This document shows positions 53,569-64,000 of a stretch of 64,000 nt of DNA, in pieces. The stretch comes from Zygnema circumcarinatum SAG 698-1b (lineage: Eukaryota > Plantae > Zygnematophyceae), in NCBI GenBank assembly GCA_037447605.1, contig CM074811.1, forward strand, positions 3,596,001 through 3,660,000. The letters run 5' to 3'. The notes beneath the pieces were generated by a model. It worked only from the letters and a program-made list of their open reading frames with translations. It ran no database searches and was not told the origin of the DNA. Numbering within the stretch: position 1 is the first letter of the stretch; each line of letters opens with the position of its first letter. Made by a program: the position numbers and the translations under genes.

Positions 53569-56050
53569 CTACAGCTTGGAGTGAGCCTCCAGCTTGAACT
53601 GATCCTCCGTCACACCTGTCCAAACAACCGACCAAGCCACTCCGTGTCAGCGTGTTCCCCTGTTGCTCGCCTTCTAGCTGCAGACAGACCAGATAAAGGC
53701 ACTATTCGCTCACCTTTGCCCATGGCCGCAGTGGACGAAATTCCTCCAGTGACGGTCTTCATAAGCTGGTCGTAGTAGTTGGCTCCGGACCAGGTCTGGT
53801 GAGCGAGCGTCTCCACGCCGTGAGTCCTCTCCTGCCTCTGAATGTCCTCCACATAGGCCAGCATACCACGCTGTGCGAAATCCCGTGCAAAGGTATCTGC
53901 TATAAGGGCATTCCCGTGAAATCCTGCCAAAGTGATGAATTGCCAGACAAAGCCCATTTTGGCAAGCGCAGGAATGAAATCCTGCATTTCACGGTCGTTC
54001 ATTCCAGCAGCATCCCAGTTGAACGACGGAGACAAGTTGTAAGCCAGCATCACTTCAGGATGCTTCGCCTTAACGCCCTCTGCAAACTCCCTGGCTTGGT
54101 TAATGTCTGGCTTCGCAGTTTCCATCCACAGGAGGTCGGCATAAGGAGCGAATGCGCGTCCACGTGCAACACAGGCCTTGGTGCTGCCCTGGAAGCGATA
54201 GAATCCCTCACGAGTACGTGGAAGATCCCAATCCCAGAAGACATTTCCAGCTCCCAGCTGAGATGCCAACTCTCGAGCCTCACCATGTGAAAGATTGTCC
54301 ACCTGGCTAAACCACCTGTCTAAACGGCGCGCCTTTTCACTCTCAGGAAGGACCAACCTGCGGAGGCTATCTGCTACAGTGTCAGCGAACGTGCGCAAGT
54401 CAGCTTCAGCAATCCACTTGTCCTCGATACCCTGAAGCTCAGCGCCAGACTTGCCGGCTGCAGTTGCTGCAGCCATCACGTCCACCAGGGCTTTGCCCTT
54501 CACGGCAGAGTTGCTGGCTCCCAGAATGAACGGGTGATCTCTGCTATCCACGTTTGTCATAATGAGAGTGGCAGCGACAGAGTCTGACCTAGCCACAAGG
54601 ACGCTCTCGACACCCATAATATCCATCTGCAGTCTCGCAGCAACAAGGCGATTGATGTGCTCCGAAGTAGCCACCAGCACCTTGCCAGCCATATGACCGC
54701 ACTTCTTTGTCACAGAAGCCTGATCCTCCATGTGAATGCCCGCGGCACCTCTCTCCACAAATAATTTTACCAGCTTCACAGTTGCACTGATCCCACCAAA
54801 TCCGGTGTCAGCATCAGCAATGAGGGGAGCCAAGTAGTCCACATAAGGAGTCTTTGCGCGCTGCTCCTTTGTCATCTTGAACCGCGCCTCACGCTGTTTG
54901 CGGTCATGAAAGCACTGAGCAAAAAACAGGTGCTCGACCTTGTTGGGCACGGTATCGTAAGGATAGTCTGCAAGGTCAGGTCCTGGCTCATTTGTTGTCG
55001 CTGCGGTGGAGGCGCACTGCCATCCAGACACGTAGATCGTATCAAGATATTTGCCCATCTGAGCTACCTGGACCGGGTCCAGAGCTCCAAAAGTGCGAGA
55101 GCAGCTGTTGTTCGCCTGGTGGCGCTTAAGGATTCTCCAAAGCTGCACCAGAACAAAAAACACACCTCAGAAGGAATAAGCACATCTGTTTCCGGATGTC
55201 TTGCGCTCACCTTCTATTCCACTGGATTGTGCTGCCTCTCTAAGCAAGGTAATGGAATTGTCGCTTAGTATTTCAAAAAACATATTTTGCAAGTATGAAT
55301 GAAAAAACTATGCCAAATGTACCTTCTTTGCTTGCTCGCCAGAGGCATAATGCTTAGGCAGGCTATCACGCAGGCGAACAACATCCTCCGCACTATAGGG
55401 CCTGCTGGTCAGATGAAACCGCTGCGACTCCCACCACCGCGCAACTTCCACGACCTCCGCATCGAAAGCACGCTGCTCAGCTTCTACGAACTGCAGCTCC
55501 AAGAAAGTACTGGTCAGGATTTTCAACTTAGAAACACAATAAAGTAGCACGTCTCAGCATGCGCTTACAACGACTCTGCGAGAGGCAATATCATAAAGTA
55601 TAAAGAAATTTATCTCGAGCACCAAGCACCAGACCAATCCTGCAACATCATACATGGACCATCAGCTTTTTTCCACAAATCAAAAGATTAAGAAATAAAA
55701 AATAAGCCGAAACTCACGTTATGAACCTCCTGAGGACTGGCGTTTGCAAGAACACCAAACTTGAAGTTGCCTGATGCACGAAACAGCATAGAATCCGGTG
55801 TTAGATTTGACCGATCCACATGCCTAAATGAACAGAGACTGCCATGTCCCTTCCACCTCTAACAACCACGTATACTTCATCGAAGTGATAGTTGACGCCA
55901 AGCTTCTCAGAAAAACTGGAGAAATGAGAATCGGAGGAAAAGGAAAAAACATCCTCCGGAAAAACTTAAAAAGAAAAATGATAATGAACTCCAACTTGCT
56001 GCATGAAAATCATGAGAAGACAAGTTGGAGTTGGAAGTAATACCTGCCAT
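53569..56050 (-). CDS. ICL: Isocitrate lyase (peroxisomal, PTS1 SKL)
   Basis: TFGALDPVQ; YVSGWQ; [10 protein letters not shown]; catalytic KKCGH; LLWMETAKP; [11 protein letters not shown]; QFITLAGFH; final exon [18 protein letters not shown] at 56050, in the exon that follows a 5'UTR intron (~56072-56461). Confidence 0.97.
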
Positions 56051-56614
56051 TTTCGGTGAAATATTCGGCTCCTGCTCACAAAAGTGCCCAAAACATATCC
56101 AATCAATAGCAGATCTAAAATGAAAAACTTCATGCCAACTGAATATAGATAGTTAGCAAATAATGGTCATAAAGGTGCTTGTATTCCACAAAAGACTCAG
56201 AATTTCATCAAAAGCTGATCATGCAGCTGCATCCGCTATTCAAATTCTAGAAAGATGTTCATTCAGATGCATCTTCAAGTTATACATACTCTCCGGGCAA
56301 GAGCTCAATTCCGACAGTGCATAGCCTCTCTTCTGATTCCAAAATTCGACACCGATCACGCTACATATTCGGTTGCCAACACATGCTCTGCTGCCAATTC
56401 CGTTCTAGATCACTCAGGGAAGTCAACAGAAACATCGTCATCCATTCATCCTTCCTCCGTACCTTGCCTGTTGCGGTGTCCTGAAAGCGAGCCGGCCCCC
56501 AAGTAGCGCGGCCTTCCTTGCAGGCGGGCAGGCAAGCAGGCAAGAAGGCAGGCAGGCAGGCAGGCGGGCAGGCAGAGGAAGCAGGGCGCGGCGCGGCGGG
56601 CAGCAGGGCGGCCC

Positions 56615-56910
56615 GCGCGGCTTTTATGCCCTCGCCGCGCGCCAAGCACTGGGCGGGGCGGCGATGGGCGTCTGCGTGCCCGCGCTGACGTGGCGCCAAC
56701 CGCCGTGGTCCCATCCGGCGCCAATCCACGTCGGCGTCCAGTCAGCGCGCTCGCCCGCACCGACCCGCTTTCCACTGACGTGGCTCCCGGCGGATGGCTG
56801 CTCGCCGAGCCCTGCCAGTGCCGCGCCGCCGCGTGGACCTCGCTGGGCCAGATTTGAGCTCGCTGACGAGGGGTCGGCCAATGGGAGGGCGCGAGGCCAC
56901 GTGTCCCTGG
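56615..56910 (-). promoter_or_regulatory. Putative ICL promoter with clustered ACGT (G-box/ABRE-like) and CCAAT motifs
   Basis: CTGACGTGGC twice, CCACGTCG, GCCACGTGTC, two CCAAT, and a TATA-like CATAAAAG (minus strand, ~56622) upstream of the non-coding first exon. Confidence 0.55.
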
Positions 56911-57171
56911 GGGCGGGTCCGCGTCCGCGGGAAGGGGAGGGAAGGGGGGGCGCCACGCTGGCTTGGCCTGGCGCGGGGCGGGGCGGGGCGGGGCGAACGG
57001 CGAGCAGGTCGGCGCGCGGCCGAGCGGTAGAGCGGCCGGTAGGCGGGGAGGGAGGGGCAGGGAGGCGTACGGTCAGTAGGTGGAAGAGGGCAGGGTAGGG
57101 ATTGCAAAAACTGCGTGCGTACAAGGGACTTCAGAGTTTTAGATTTCAAAATTACAACGTTGTAATAAAAG

Positions 57172-58114
57172 GGGTAGTGATATTTCCACCCCTTTTTTGG
57201 ATCCAAACACCCCTTCCCGGCCGGGCAGATTTAAAAAAGGATTAAAAACGGAAAATGCTTTCTTCATACCTTTTTGGAATCGATACCACCCTCCATCGGC
57301 AGATTTTATTTCTGCGAAACAAGGAAAATGATAACCCGTCACCCCATTTGAATATCCCGCCTACCTGAATTTTTTTCACGCGTGCGGTCAATCGCAGCCG
57401 TCGATTCCCTCACAGATCGCAACACGGCAGATCACTATTTGATCTGCAGCCGGGCTCGGTCACAGCGCATGGCACGTGCCCACGTATCCCGCCAAAGTCC
57501 TCTTAAAAGTTTGTCCGTACAAATGTAGTACGGTCGAACTTGAGGAACCCAAAATTTCGTACATTGAGATCTTAAACCAATCAAAGTTTTCCACGTCAAA
57601 AATTTAACACGTGGCAGATGTTGATTGGCTGGGAGCTAACAATGACGAGATCTCAGGCCGAGGGACGCGCGCACTCGCACGTGCGATCCGGCTTTGGCGG
57701 GACTCGTGGGCGCTTTCCATTCGCTAAGATTGAGCCCGGCTGCAGATCGAACGGTGATCTGCAGTGGTGCGATCTGTGAGGGAATCGACAGCTGCGATTG
57801 ACACACACGTGTGAAGGACGGACACCCGCGAACGATCTCGTGGCGGACGGATCTGCCGCTCCGAGCGGATTCGGGCAGGCAGATATTTCTTTCACGCAAA
57901 AAAAAAATTCAGGGAGGCGGGATACAGTATTCAAAATGCGATGACGGGGTATCATTTTCCTTGGTTAGCAAAAATAAATCAGCCGACGGAAGAAGGTGGG
58001 TATCGATTCCAAAAAGGTGTGAAAAAAGCATTTTCTGTTTTTAATCCCTTTTGAACTCTGCCCGGCCGGGAAGGGGTGTTTGGATCCAAAAAAGGGGTGG
58101 AAATATCACTACCC
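57172..58114. mobile_element. Non-autonomous Mutator-like foldback element (943 bp)
   Basis: Long imperfect TIRs starting GGGTAGTGATATTTCCACCCC (left arm ~57172-57499, right arm ~57690-58114 with an extra ~80 bp). 8-bp TSD AATAAAAG at 57164-57171 and 58115-58122. Confidence 0.88.
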
Positions 58115-59269
58115 AATAAAAGTTTCAGTTTTAGAACAATTTTAAGCGGCCGTACGACCATTGAAGTTGAACAACATATACAGTAGGGGGTCCTCATATT
58201 TTCCACCCTGGTTCCGGCCAATATGAGGCGAAAATATTAATTTTGCATATATAAGGTTCGTGTTACGAATAGACGGGCGGCATTATGTTAGAGTTCATGT
58301 TAGACCGTACGTACCGTACCGTACCATATCATATCGTACTGTATCACTATACATCGTATCGTATCGTGACATATCGTGACGCATAAGCGTAGTTTTTAGG
58401 ACTATGTTGTTCGTCTCATTGATGATGCTATAATTATCAATAGTGGAAGAGCACACCCGTGATGAAATAAATGAGTGAGTTAATATTAGGCTGGGGGTTG
58501 ACGGGCTTCCACGGCAATGAAACAAAACTGGGTGCCTTGTGCGACTTGGAAGACGCTCAATACCAAAACACCTCTTAAAGTCAATATGCTTGCCGTGTAG
58601 ATGGTCGATGTGGATGGTATATGGAGCAGATGTAACAACTGACGGGCTAATCCCCTCAGTCGTGTGCGGAAATCGCCCAGTCTGCGGTACGTTGGTTGGA
58701 TGACGACAGTATCGTATCGTATCGTATCGTATCCAAGTCAAGAAGACGGGGAGAAGAGCGAGCGCCTCTTACGGCGGCACGAGCGGGGGAATTAGGTGAG
58801 TTTTGCGTGAGCCCGTAACGCCTAGTACAGATAGTACGGACAGTATGAAAAGTACGAAAAGTACGGACAGTACGGATAGCACGGCTAACACAAGTTACCG
58901 TACAAAAAGGTGGTTTCGGCAAAATCGGGGCGAAAATATTGAGGACGCACTCCTTAGGGTGGTAAATACGAGTACGCGGTCGGCAAATTGGCATTCGGTC
59001 GCCAGTCGCCGTTAGAAAGAGTCCAAACAGTTCGAAAGGTTTGGATTTTGAGAATGCAACAACGGCTAATGATTTTCAACATAGATTCGGACGCATAGAA
59101 AAATTACTATGGATTTTAGATAGAAAATAAGGGATGAAATAAGGAGAATTATTTCCACTGTGCAACAGCCATACTTTTTTATACACAGGTTGTTCTATTA
59201 TTTTGTTATTCATACCGTTTCGTTCAAAAGTTTTTTTATAAATTGTATGGAACTCGATCAATGGAAAGT

Positions 59270-59343
59270 CGGGATTGACGGGATTCGAACCCGCGACTTC
59301 CGCCGTGACAGGGCGGCGCTCTAACCAATTGAACTACAACCCC
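59270..59343 (-). tRNA. trnD: tRNA-Asp(GUC), plastid type, copy 1
   Basis: Full cloverleaf GGGGTTG TA GTTC AATTGGTTA GAGC G CCGCC CTGTCAC GGCGG AAGTC GCGGG TTCGAAT CCCGT CAATCCC G; no encoded CCA. Confidence 0.95.
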
Positions 59344-59359
59344 TTGTAGCTACCAAACT

Positions 59360-59388
59360 ATGGTATATATTTAGTATAATGATGTCAA
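59360..59388 (-). promoter_or_regulatory. sigma70/PEP-like promoter of trnD (repeated in each unit)
   Basis: TTGACA-N17-TACCAT on the minus strand, 16 bp upstream of the tRNA. Confidence 0.65.
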
Positions 59389-59655
59389 GTGTAATATTAG
59401 ATTATAAGTAATGCAAATCAAACAAAATCACTATACAAGAGTTATCGACATACCATATAACTGATCAGACGTTTCCACACAAGAGGCAGACAATACTAAC
59501 ATTCAAAGGTAGTAATTATGGATAAGTAAGTGTATTGCACTCACGTATGTTTGAGTGAATAAACTCATATGTTTAATTCACAACACTATTTCTCACTTGA
59601 ATTCAAACAATGTTCACATTGTTTGAATTCAAGTGTTGTAAAAAAATATTTTATC

Positions 59656-59685
59656 TTGACAAGAAGATTACAAATATACTACAAT
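59656..59685 (+). promoter_or_regulatory. sigma70/PEP-like promoter of trnL (repeated in each unit)
   Basis: TTGACA-N18-TACAAT, 9 bp upstream of the tRNA. Confidence 0.7.
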
Positions 59686-59694
59686 TCAATCGCT

Positions 59695-59760
59695 GCCGCC
59701 ATGGTGAAATTGGTAGACACGCTGCTCTTAGGAGGCAGTGCGAGAGCATCTCGGTTCGAA
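59695..59760 (+). tRNA. trnL: tRNA-Leu(UAG), plastid type, 3' end lost in the N-gap, copy 1
   Basis: GCCGCCATGGTGAAATTGGTAGACACGCTGCTCTTAGGAGGCAGTGCGAGAGCATCTCGGTTCGAA closely resembles streptophyte plastid trnL-UAG. Confidence 0.9.
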
Positions 59761-59899
59761 NNNNNNNNNNAAACCACTCAATATAATTACAGATTTTTCA
59801 AATTCAATCTAGCTTAACAACAGTTATTGTTGTAAATTTTTCACTTTACAAATAATCATCTATTTTTTTACTGTTCAAAGGTTCAAATTGCTATTACGC

Positions 59900-59928
59900 T
59901 TGACTTAGGCTAATAAACTCATTAATAT
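59900..59928 (+). promoter_or_regulatory. Possible sigma70-like promoter of trnH (repeated in each unit)
   Basis: TTGACT-N17-TAATAT about 50 bp upstream of trnH. Confidence 0.5.
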
Positions 59929-59978
59929 TATTTTGATTCATTTATTTTATGTGGTTATATCTTAAATGATATTTCAAG

Positions 59979-60052
59979 GGCGGACGTAGCCAAGTGGTTA
60001 AGGCAGTGGATTGTGATTCCACCACTCGCGGGTTCGAACCCCGTCGTTCGCC
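59979..60052 (+). tRNA. trnH: tRNA-His(GUG), plastid type with encoded G-1, copy 1
   Basis: G GCGGACG TA GCC AAGTGGTTAA GGC A GTGGA TTGTGAT TCCAC CACTC GCGGG TTCGAAC CCCGT CGTTCGC C. The G-1:C73 pair is the bacterial/organellar pattern. Confidence 0.95.
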
Positions 60053-61033
60053 CTATAGCCATTGTTATAACAATATGGTATCAAATGAAGTGAATACAAT
60101 AAAGTAAAATGTGAGACAAATATACTACATAAAGAATTTAGGTAAAATGAGTTTGTAGGTTTCCACTGCAGACTTCCAGTTTAACATCTCGAACATCGAA
60201 CCTAAATCATATATATTATTAACCTCATCATATATACCAATTCATCCTTAAATTAAGTGATAATGTGAATAGTATCTTTATGAGTGGGGTATTTATGTCA
60301 TTGCTTATTTAGCAAATTGCCCAGTCATTTATTGGAGCAGTTACTTAAACAATTATCGGATATATTCTTTGCAATGTTCGTTGAGATGTGAATTGAAGAT
60401 ATTAATTAAAATTCCTCAAAGACTTGCTAGCGTAATTGTAGACACTCTGATGAAGATACTGTTGTCTTGTATTCAGGAATTATTGCGCGCAATTTTTCAT
60501 AAACCTTGGAAATTTGAAAATTTGTAAATTGAATCTTTTGAGTGTTTGTAATTTGAATGTAAATCTTTATTATAACTGTTTTCTAAAACCACAATTGATA
60601 TTAACGATCACCGTTTATTTTTCTATTTCTAAAGTAGAAAATCTTTAGAAATAGAAATTATTAACCAAAGATTGACTACAAGTTGGTAATTGTCTTTAAT
60701 ATTCGCAACACTTGTATAAACACTCCTACGTCTTTATAAGACCCAAGAAGTCCGGTTATTAGCCAACCAATTCATATAGAAAGAGTCCAAACAGTTCGAA
60801 AGGTTTGGATTTTGAGAATGCAACAACGGCTAATGATTTTCAACATAGATTCGGACGCATAGAAAAATTACTATGGATTTTAGATAGAAAATAAGGGATG
60901 AAATAAGGAGAATTATTTCCACTGTGCAACAGCCATACTTTTTTATACACAGGTTGTTCTATTATTTTGTTATTCATACCGTTTCGTTCAAAAGTTTTTT
61001 TATAAATTGTATGGAACTCGATCAATGGAAAGT

Positions 61034-61107
61034 CGGGATTGACGGGATTCGAACCCGCGACTTCCGCCGTGACAGGGCGGCGCTCTAACCAATTGAACTA
61101 CAACCCC
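61034..61107 (-). tRNA. trnD: tRNA-Asp(GUC), copy 2
   Basis: Same as copy 1, offset 1764. Confidence 0.93.
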
Positions 61108-61458
61108 TTGTAGCTACCAAACTATGGTATATATTTAGTATAATGATGTCAAGTGTAATATTAGATTATAAGTAATGCAAATCAAACAAAATCACTATAC
61201 AAGAGTTATCGACATACCATATAACTGATCAGACGTTTCCACACAAGAGGCAGACAATACTAACATTCAAAGGTAGTAATTATGGATAAGTAAGTGTATT
61301 GCACTCACGTATGTTTGAGTGAATAAACTCATATGTTTAATTCACAACACTATTTCTCACTTGAATTCAAACAATGTTCACATTGTTTGAATTCAAGTGT
61401 TGTAAAAAAATATTTTATCTTGACAAGAAGATTACAAATATACTACAATTCAATCGCT

Positions 61459-61524
61459 GCCGCCATGGTGAAATTGGTAGACACGCTGCTCTTAGGAGGC
61501 AGTGCGAGAGCATCTCGGTTCGAA
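61459..61524 (+). tRNA. trnL: tRNA-Leu(UAG), copy 2 (gap-truncated)
   Basis: Same as copy 1, offset 1764. Confidence 0.88.
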
Positions 61525-61742
61525 NNNNNNNNNNAAACCACTCAATATAATTACAGATTTTTCAAATTCAATCTAGCTTAACAACAGTTATTGTTGTAAA
61601 TTTTTCACTTTACAAATAATCATCTATTTTTTTACTGTTCAAAGGTTCAAATTGCTATTACGCTTGACTTAGGCTAATAAACTCATTAATATTATTTTGA
61701 TTCATTTATTTTATGTGGTTATATCTTAAATGATATTTCAAG

Positions 61743-61816
61743 GGCGGACGTAGCCAAGTGGTTAAGGCAGTGGATTGTGATTCCACCACTCGCGGGTTCG
61801 AACCCCGTCGTTCGCC
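61743..61816 (+). tRNA. trnH: tRNA-His(GUG), copy 2
   Basis: Same as copy 1, offset 1764. Confidence 0.93.
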
Positions 61817-62797
61817 CTATAGCCATTGTTATAACAATATGGTATCAAATGAAGTGAATACAATAAAGTAAAATGTGAGACAAATATACTACATAAAGAA
61901 TTTAGGTAAAATGAGTTTGTAGGTTTCCACTGCAGACTTCCAGTTTAACATCTCGAACATCGAACCTAAATCATATATATTATTAACCTCATCATATATA
62001 CCAATTCATCCTTAAATTAAGTGATAATGTGAATAGTATCTTTATGAGTGGGGTATTTATGTCATTGCTTATTTAGCAAATTGCCCAGTCATTTATTGGA
62101 GCAGTTACTTAAACAATTATCGGATATATTCTTTGCAATGTTCGTTGAGATGTGAATTGAAGATATTAATTAAAATTCCTCAAAGACTTGCTAGCGTAAT
62201 TGTAGACACTCTGATGAAGATACTGTTGTCTTGTATTCAGGAATTATTGCGCGCAATTTTTCATAAACCTTGGAAATTTGAAAATTTGTAAATTGAATCT
62301 TTTGAGTGTTTGTAATTTGAATGTAAATCTTTATTATAACTGTTTTCTAAAACCACAATTGATATTAACGATCACCGTTTATTTTTCTATTTCTAAAGTA
62401 GAAAATCTTTAGAAATAGAAATTATTAACCAAAGATTGACTACAAGTTGGTAATTGTCTTTAATATTCGCAACACTTGTATAAACACTCCTACGTCTTTA
62501 TAAGACCCAAGAAGTCCGGTTATTAGCCAACCAATTCATATAGAAAGAGTCCAAACAGTTCGAAAGGTTTGGATTTTGAGAATGCAACAACGGCTAATGA
62601 TTTTCAACATAGATTCGGACGCATAGAAAAATTACTATGGATTTTAGATAGAAAATAAGGGATGAAATAAGGAGAATTATTTCCACTGTGCAACAGCCAT
62701 ACTTTTTTATACACAGGTTGTTCTATTATTTTGTTATTCATACCGTTTCGTTCAAAAGTTTTTTTATAAATTGTATGGAACTCGATCAATGGAAAGT

Positions 62798-62871
62798 CGG
62801 GATTGACGGGATTCGAACCCGCGACTTCCGCCGTGACAGGGCGGCGCTCTAACCAATTGAACTACAACCCC
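62798..62871 (-). tRNA. trnD: tRNA-Asp(GUC), copy 3
   Basis: Same as copy 1, offset 3528. Confidence 0.93.
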
Positions 62872-63222
62872 TTGTAGCTACCAAACTATGGTATATATTT
62901 AGTATAATGATGTCAAGTGTAATATTAGATTATAAGTAATGCAAATCAAACAAAATCACTATACAAGAGTTATCGACATACCATATAACTGATCAGACGT
63001 TTCCACACAAGAGGCAGACAATACTAACATTCAAAGGTAGTAATTATGGATAAGTAAGTGTATTGCACTCACGTATGTTTGAGTGAATAAACTCATATGT
63101 TTAATTCACAACACTATTTCTCACTTGAATTCAAACAATGTTCACATTGTTTGAATTCAAGTGTTGTAAAAAAATATTTTATCTTGACAAGAAGATTACA
63201 AATATACTACAATTCAATCGCT

Positions 63223-63288
63223 GCCGCCATGGTGAAATTGGTAGACACGCTGCTCTTAGGAGGCAGTGCGAGAGCATCTCGGTTCGAA
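63223..63288 (+). tRNA. trnL: tRNA-Leu(UAG), copy 3 (gap-truncated)
   Basis: Same as copy 1, offset 3528. Confidence 0.88.
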
Positions 63289-63506
63289 NNNNNNNNNNAA
63301 ACCACTCAATATAATTACAGATTTTTCAAATTCAATCTAGCTTAACAACAGTTATTGTTGTAAATTTTTCACTTTACAAATAATCATCTATTTTTTTACT
63401 GTTCAAAGGTTCAAATTGCTATTACGCTTGACTTAGGCTAATAAACTCATTAATATTATTTTGATTCATTTATTTTATGTGGTTATATCTTAAATGATAT
63501 TTCAAG

Positions 63507-63580
63507 GGCGGACGTAGCCAAGTGGTTAAGGCAGTGGATTGTGATTCCACCACTCGCGGGTTCGAACCCCGTCGTTCGCC
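63507..63580 (+). tRNA. trnH: tRNA-His(GUG), copy 3
   Basis: Same as copy 1, offset 3528. Confidence 0.93.
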
Positions 63581-64000
63581 CTATAGCCATTGTTATAACA
63601 ATATGGTATCAAATGAAGTGAATACAATAAAGTAAAATGTGAGACAAATATACTACATAAAGAATTTAGGTAAAATGAGTTTGTAGGTTTCCACTGCAGA
63701 CTTCCAGTTTAACATCTCGAACATCGAACCTAAATCATATATATTATTAACCTCATCATATATACCAATTCATCCTTAAATTAAGTGATAATGTGAATAG
63801 TATCTTTATGAGTGGGGTATTTATGTCATTGCTTATTTAGCAAATTGCCCAGTCATTTATTGGAGCAGTTACTTAAACAATTATCGGATATATTCTTTGC
63901 AATGTTCGTTGAGATGTGAATTGAAGATATTAATTAAAATTCCTCAAAGACTTGCTAGCGTAATTGTAGACACTCTGATGAAGATACTGTTGTCTTGTAT

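Larger units (their letters stand above)
59013..64000. repeat. 1764-bp AT-rich tandem unit of plastid-like DNA (NUPT-like tRNA array), about 2.8 copies, continues beyond the window
   Basis: Sequence recurs at 59013, 60777 and 62541. Identical ORFs are offset by 1764. Composition shifts abruptly at 59013. Each unit carries trnD, trnL and trnH and a 10-N gap at the same phase. Confidence 0.92.

Noticed and set aside
59076-63345. Repeated 61-aa and 82-aa ORFs in the 1764-bp unit
   Set aside because: AT-rich spacer frames; one overlaps trnL and runs through the N-gap. No similarity to plastid proteins that I recognise.
59013-64000. Nuclear Pol III tRNA cluster or bacterial contaminant
   Set aside because: No oligo-T terminators after the genes. 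The G-1:C73 His, sigma70-like promoters, absence of CCA and close resemblance to plastid tRNAs favour a plastid origin.

Overview
Eukaryotic nuclear DNA from a green-lineage organism. The plant-type intron-rich genes (including CGL160) and compact spacing suggest a streptophyte alga; this is inference. Eleven spliced genes can be reconstructed in order: secreted subtilase (-, cut by the window start), JmjC/Cupin_8 oxygenase (-), RTF2-like (+), CGL160 (+), CCDC97-like (-), membralin (+), an unusually long lipin/PAH (-), APH1 (+), TCHQD-like GST (-), CCDC12/Cwf18 (+) and peroxisomal isocitrate lyase ending in SKL (-). Eight of them form four head-to-head pairs. Two accessory zones flank the gene block. 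Zone 1 (5.8-13.7 kb) has an intact non-autonomous hAT element. It also has a gapped ~6.2-kb block whose ends resemble Helentron/DINE-1 rolling-circle elements; this block contains a 211-bp satellite, two related TG..CA LTRs and several minisatellites. Zone 2 (57.2-64 kb) has a Mutator-like foldback element upstream of ICL. It is followed by an abrupt switch to an AT-rich 1764-bp tandem unit (about 2.8 copies, running off the window). Each unit carries three plastid-type tRNA genes (Asp-GUC, Leu-UAG, His-GUG), each with a sigma70-like promoter, plus perfect palindromes. An N-gap sits at the same position in every unit, so an assembly artefact must be excluded. Exon boundaries were read by eye and no database searches were run.
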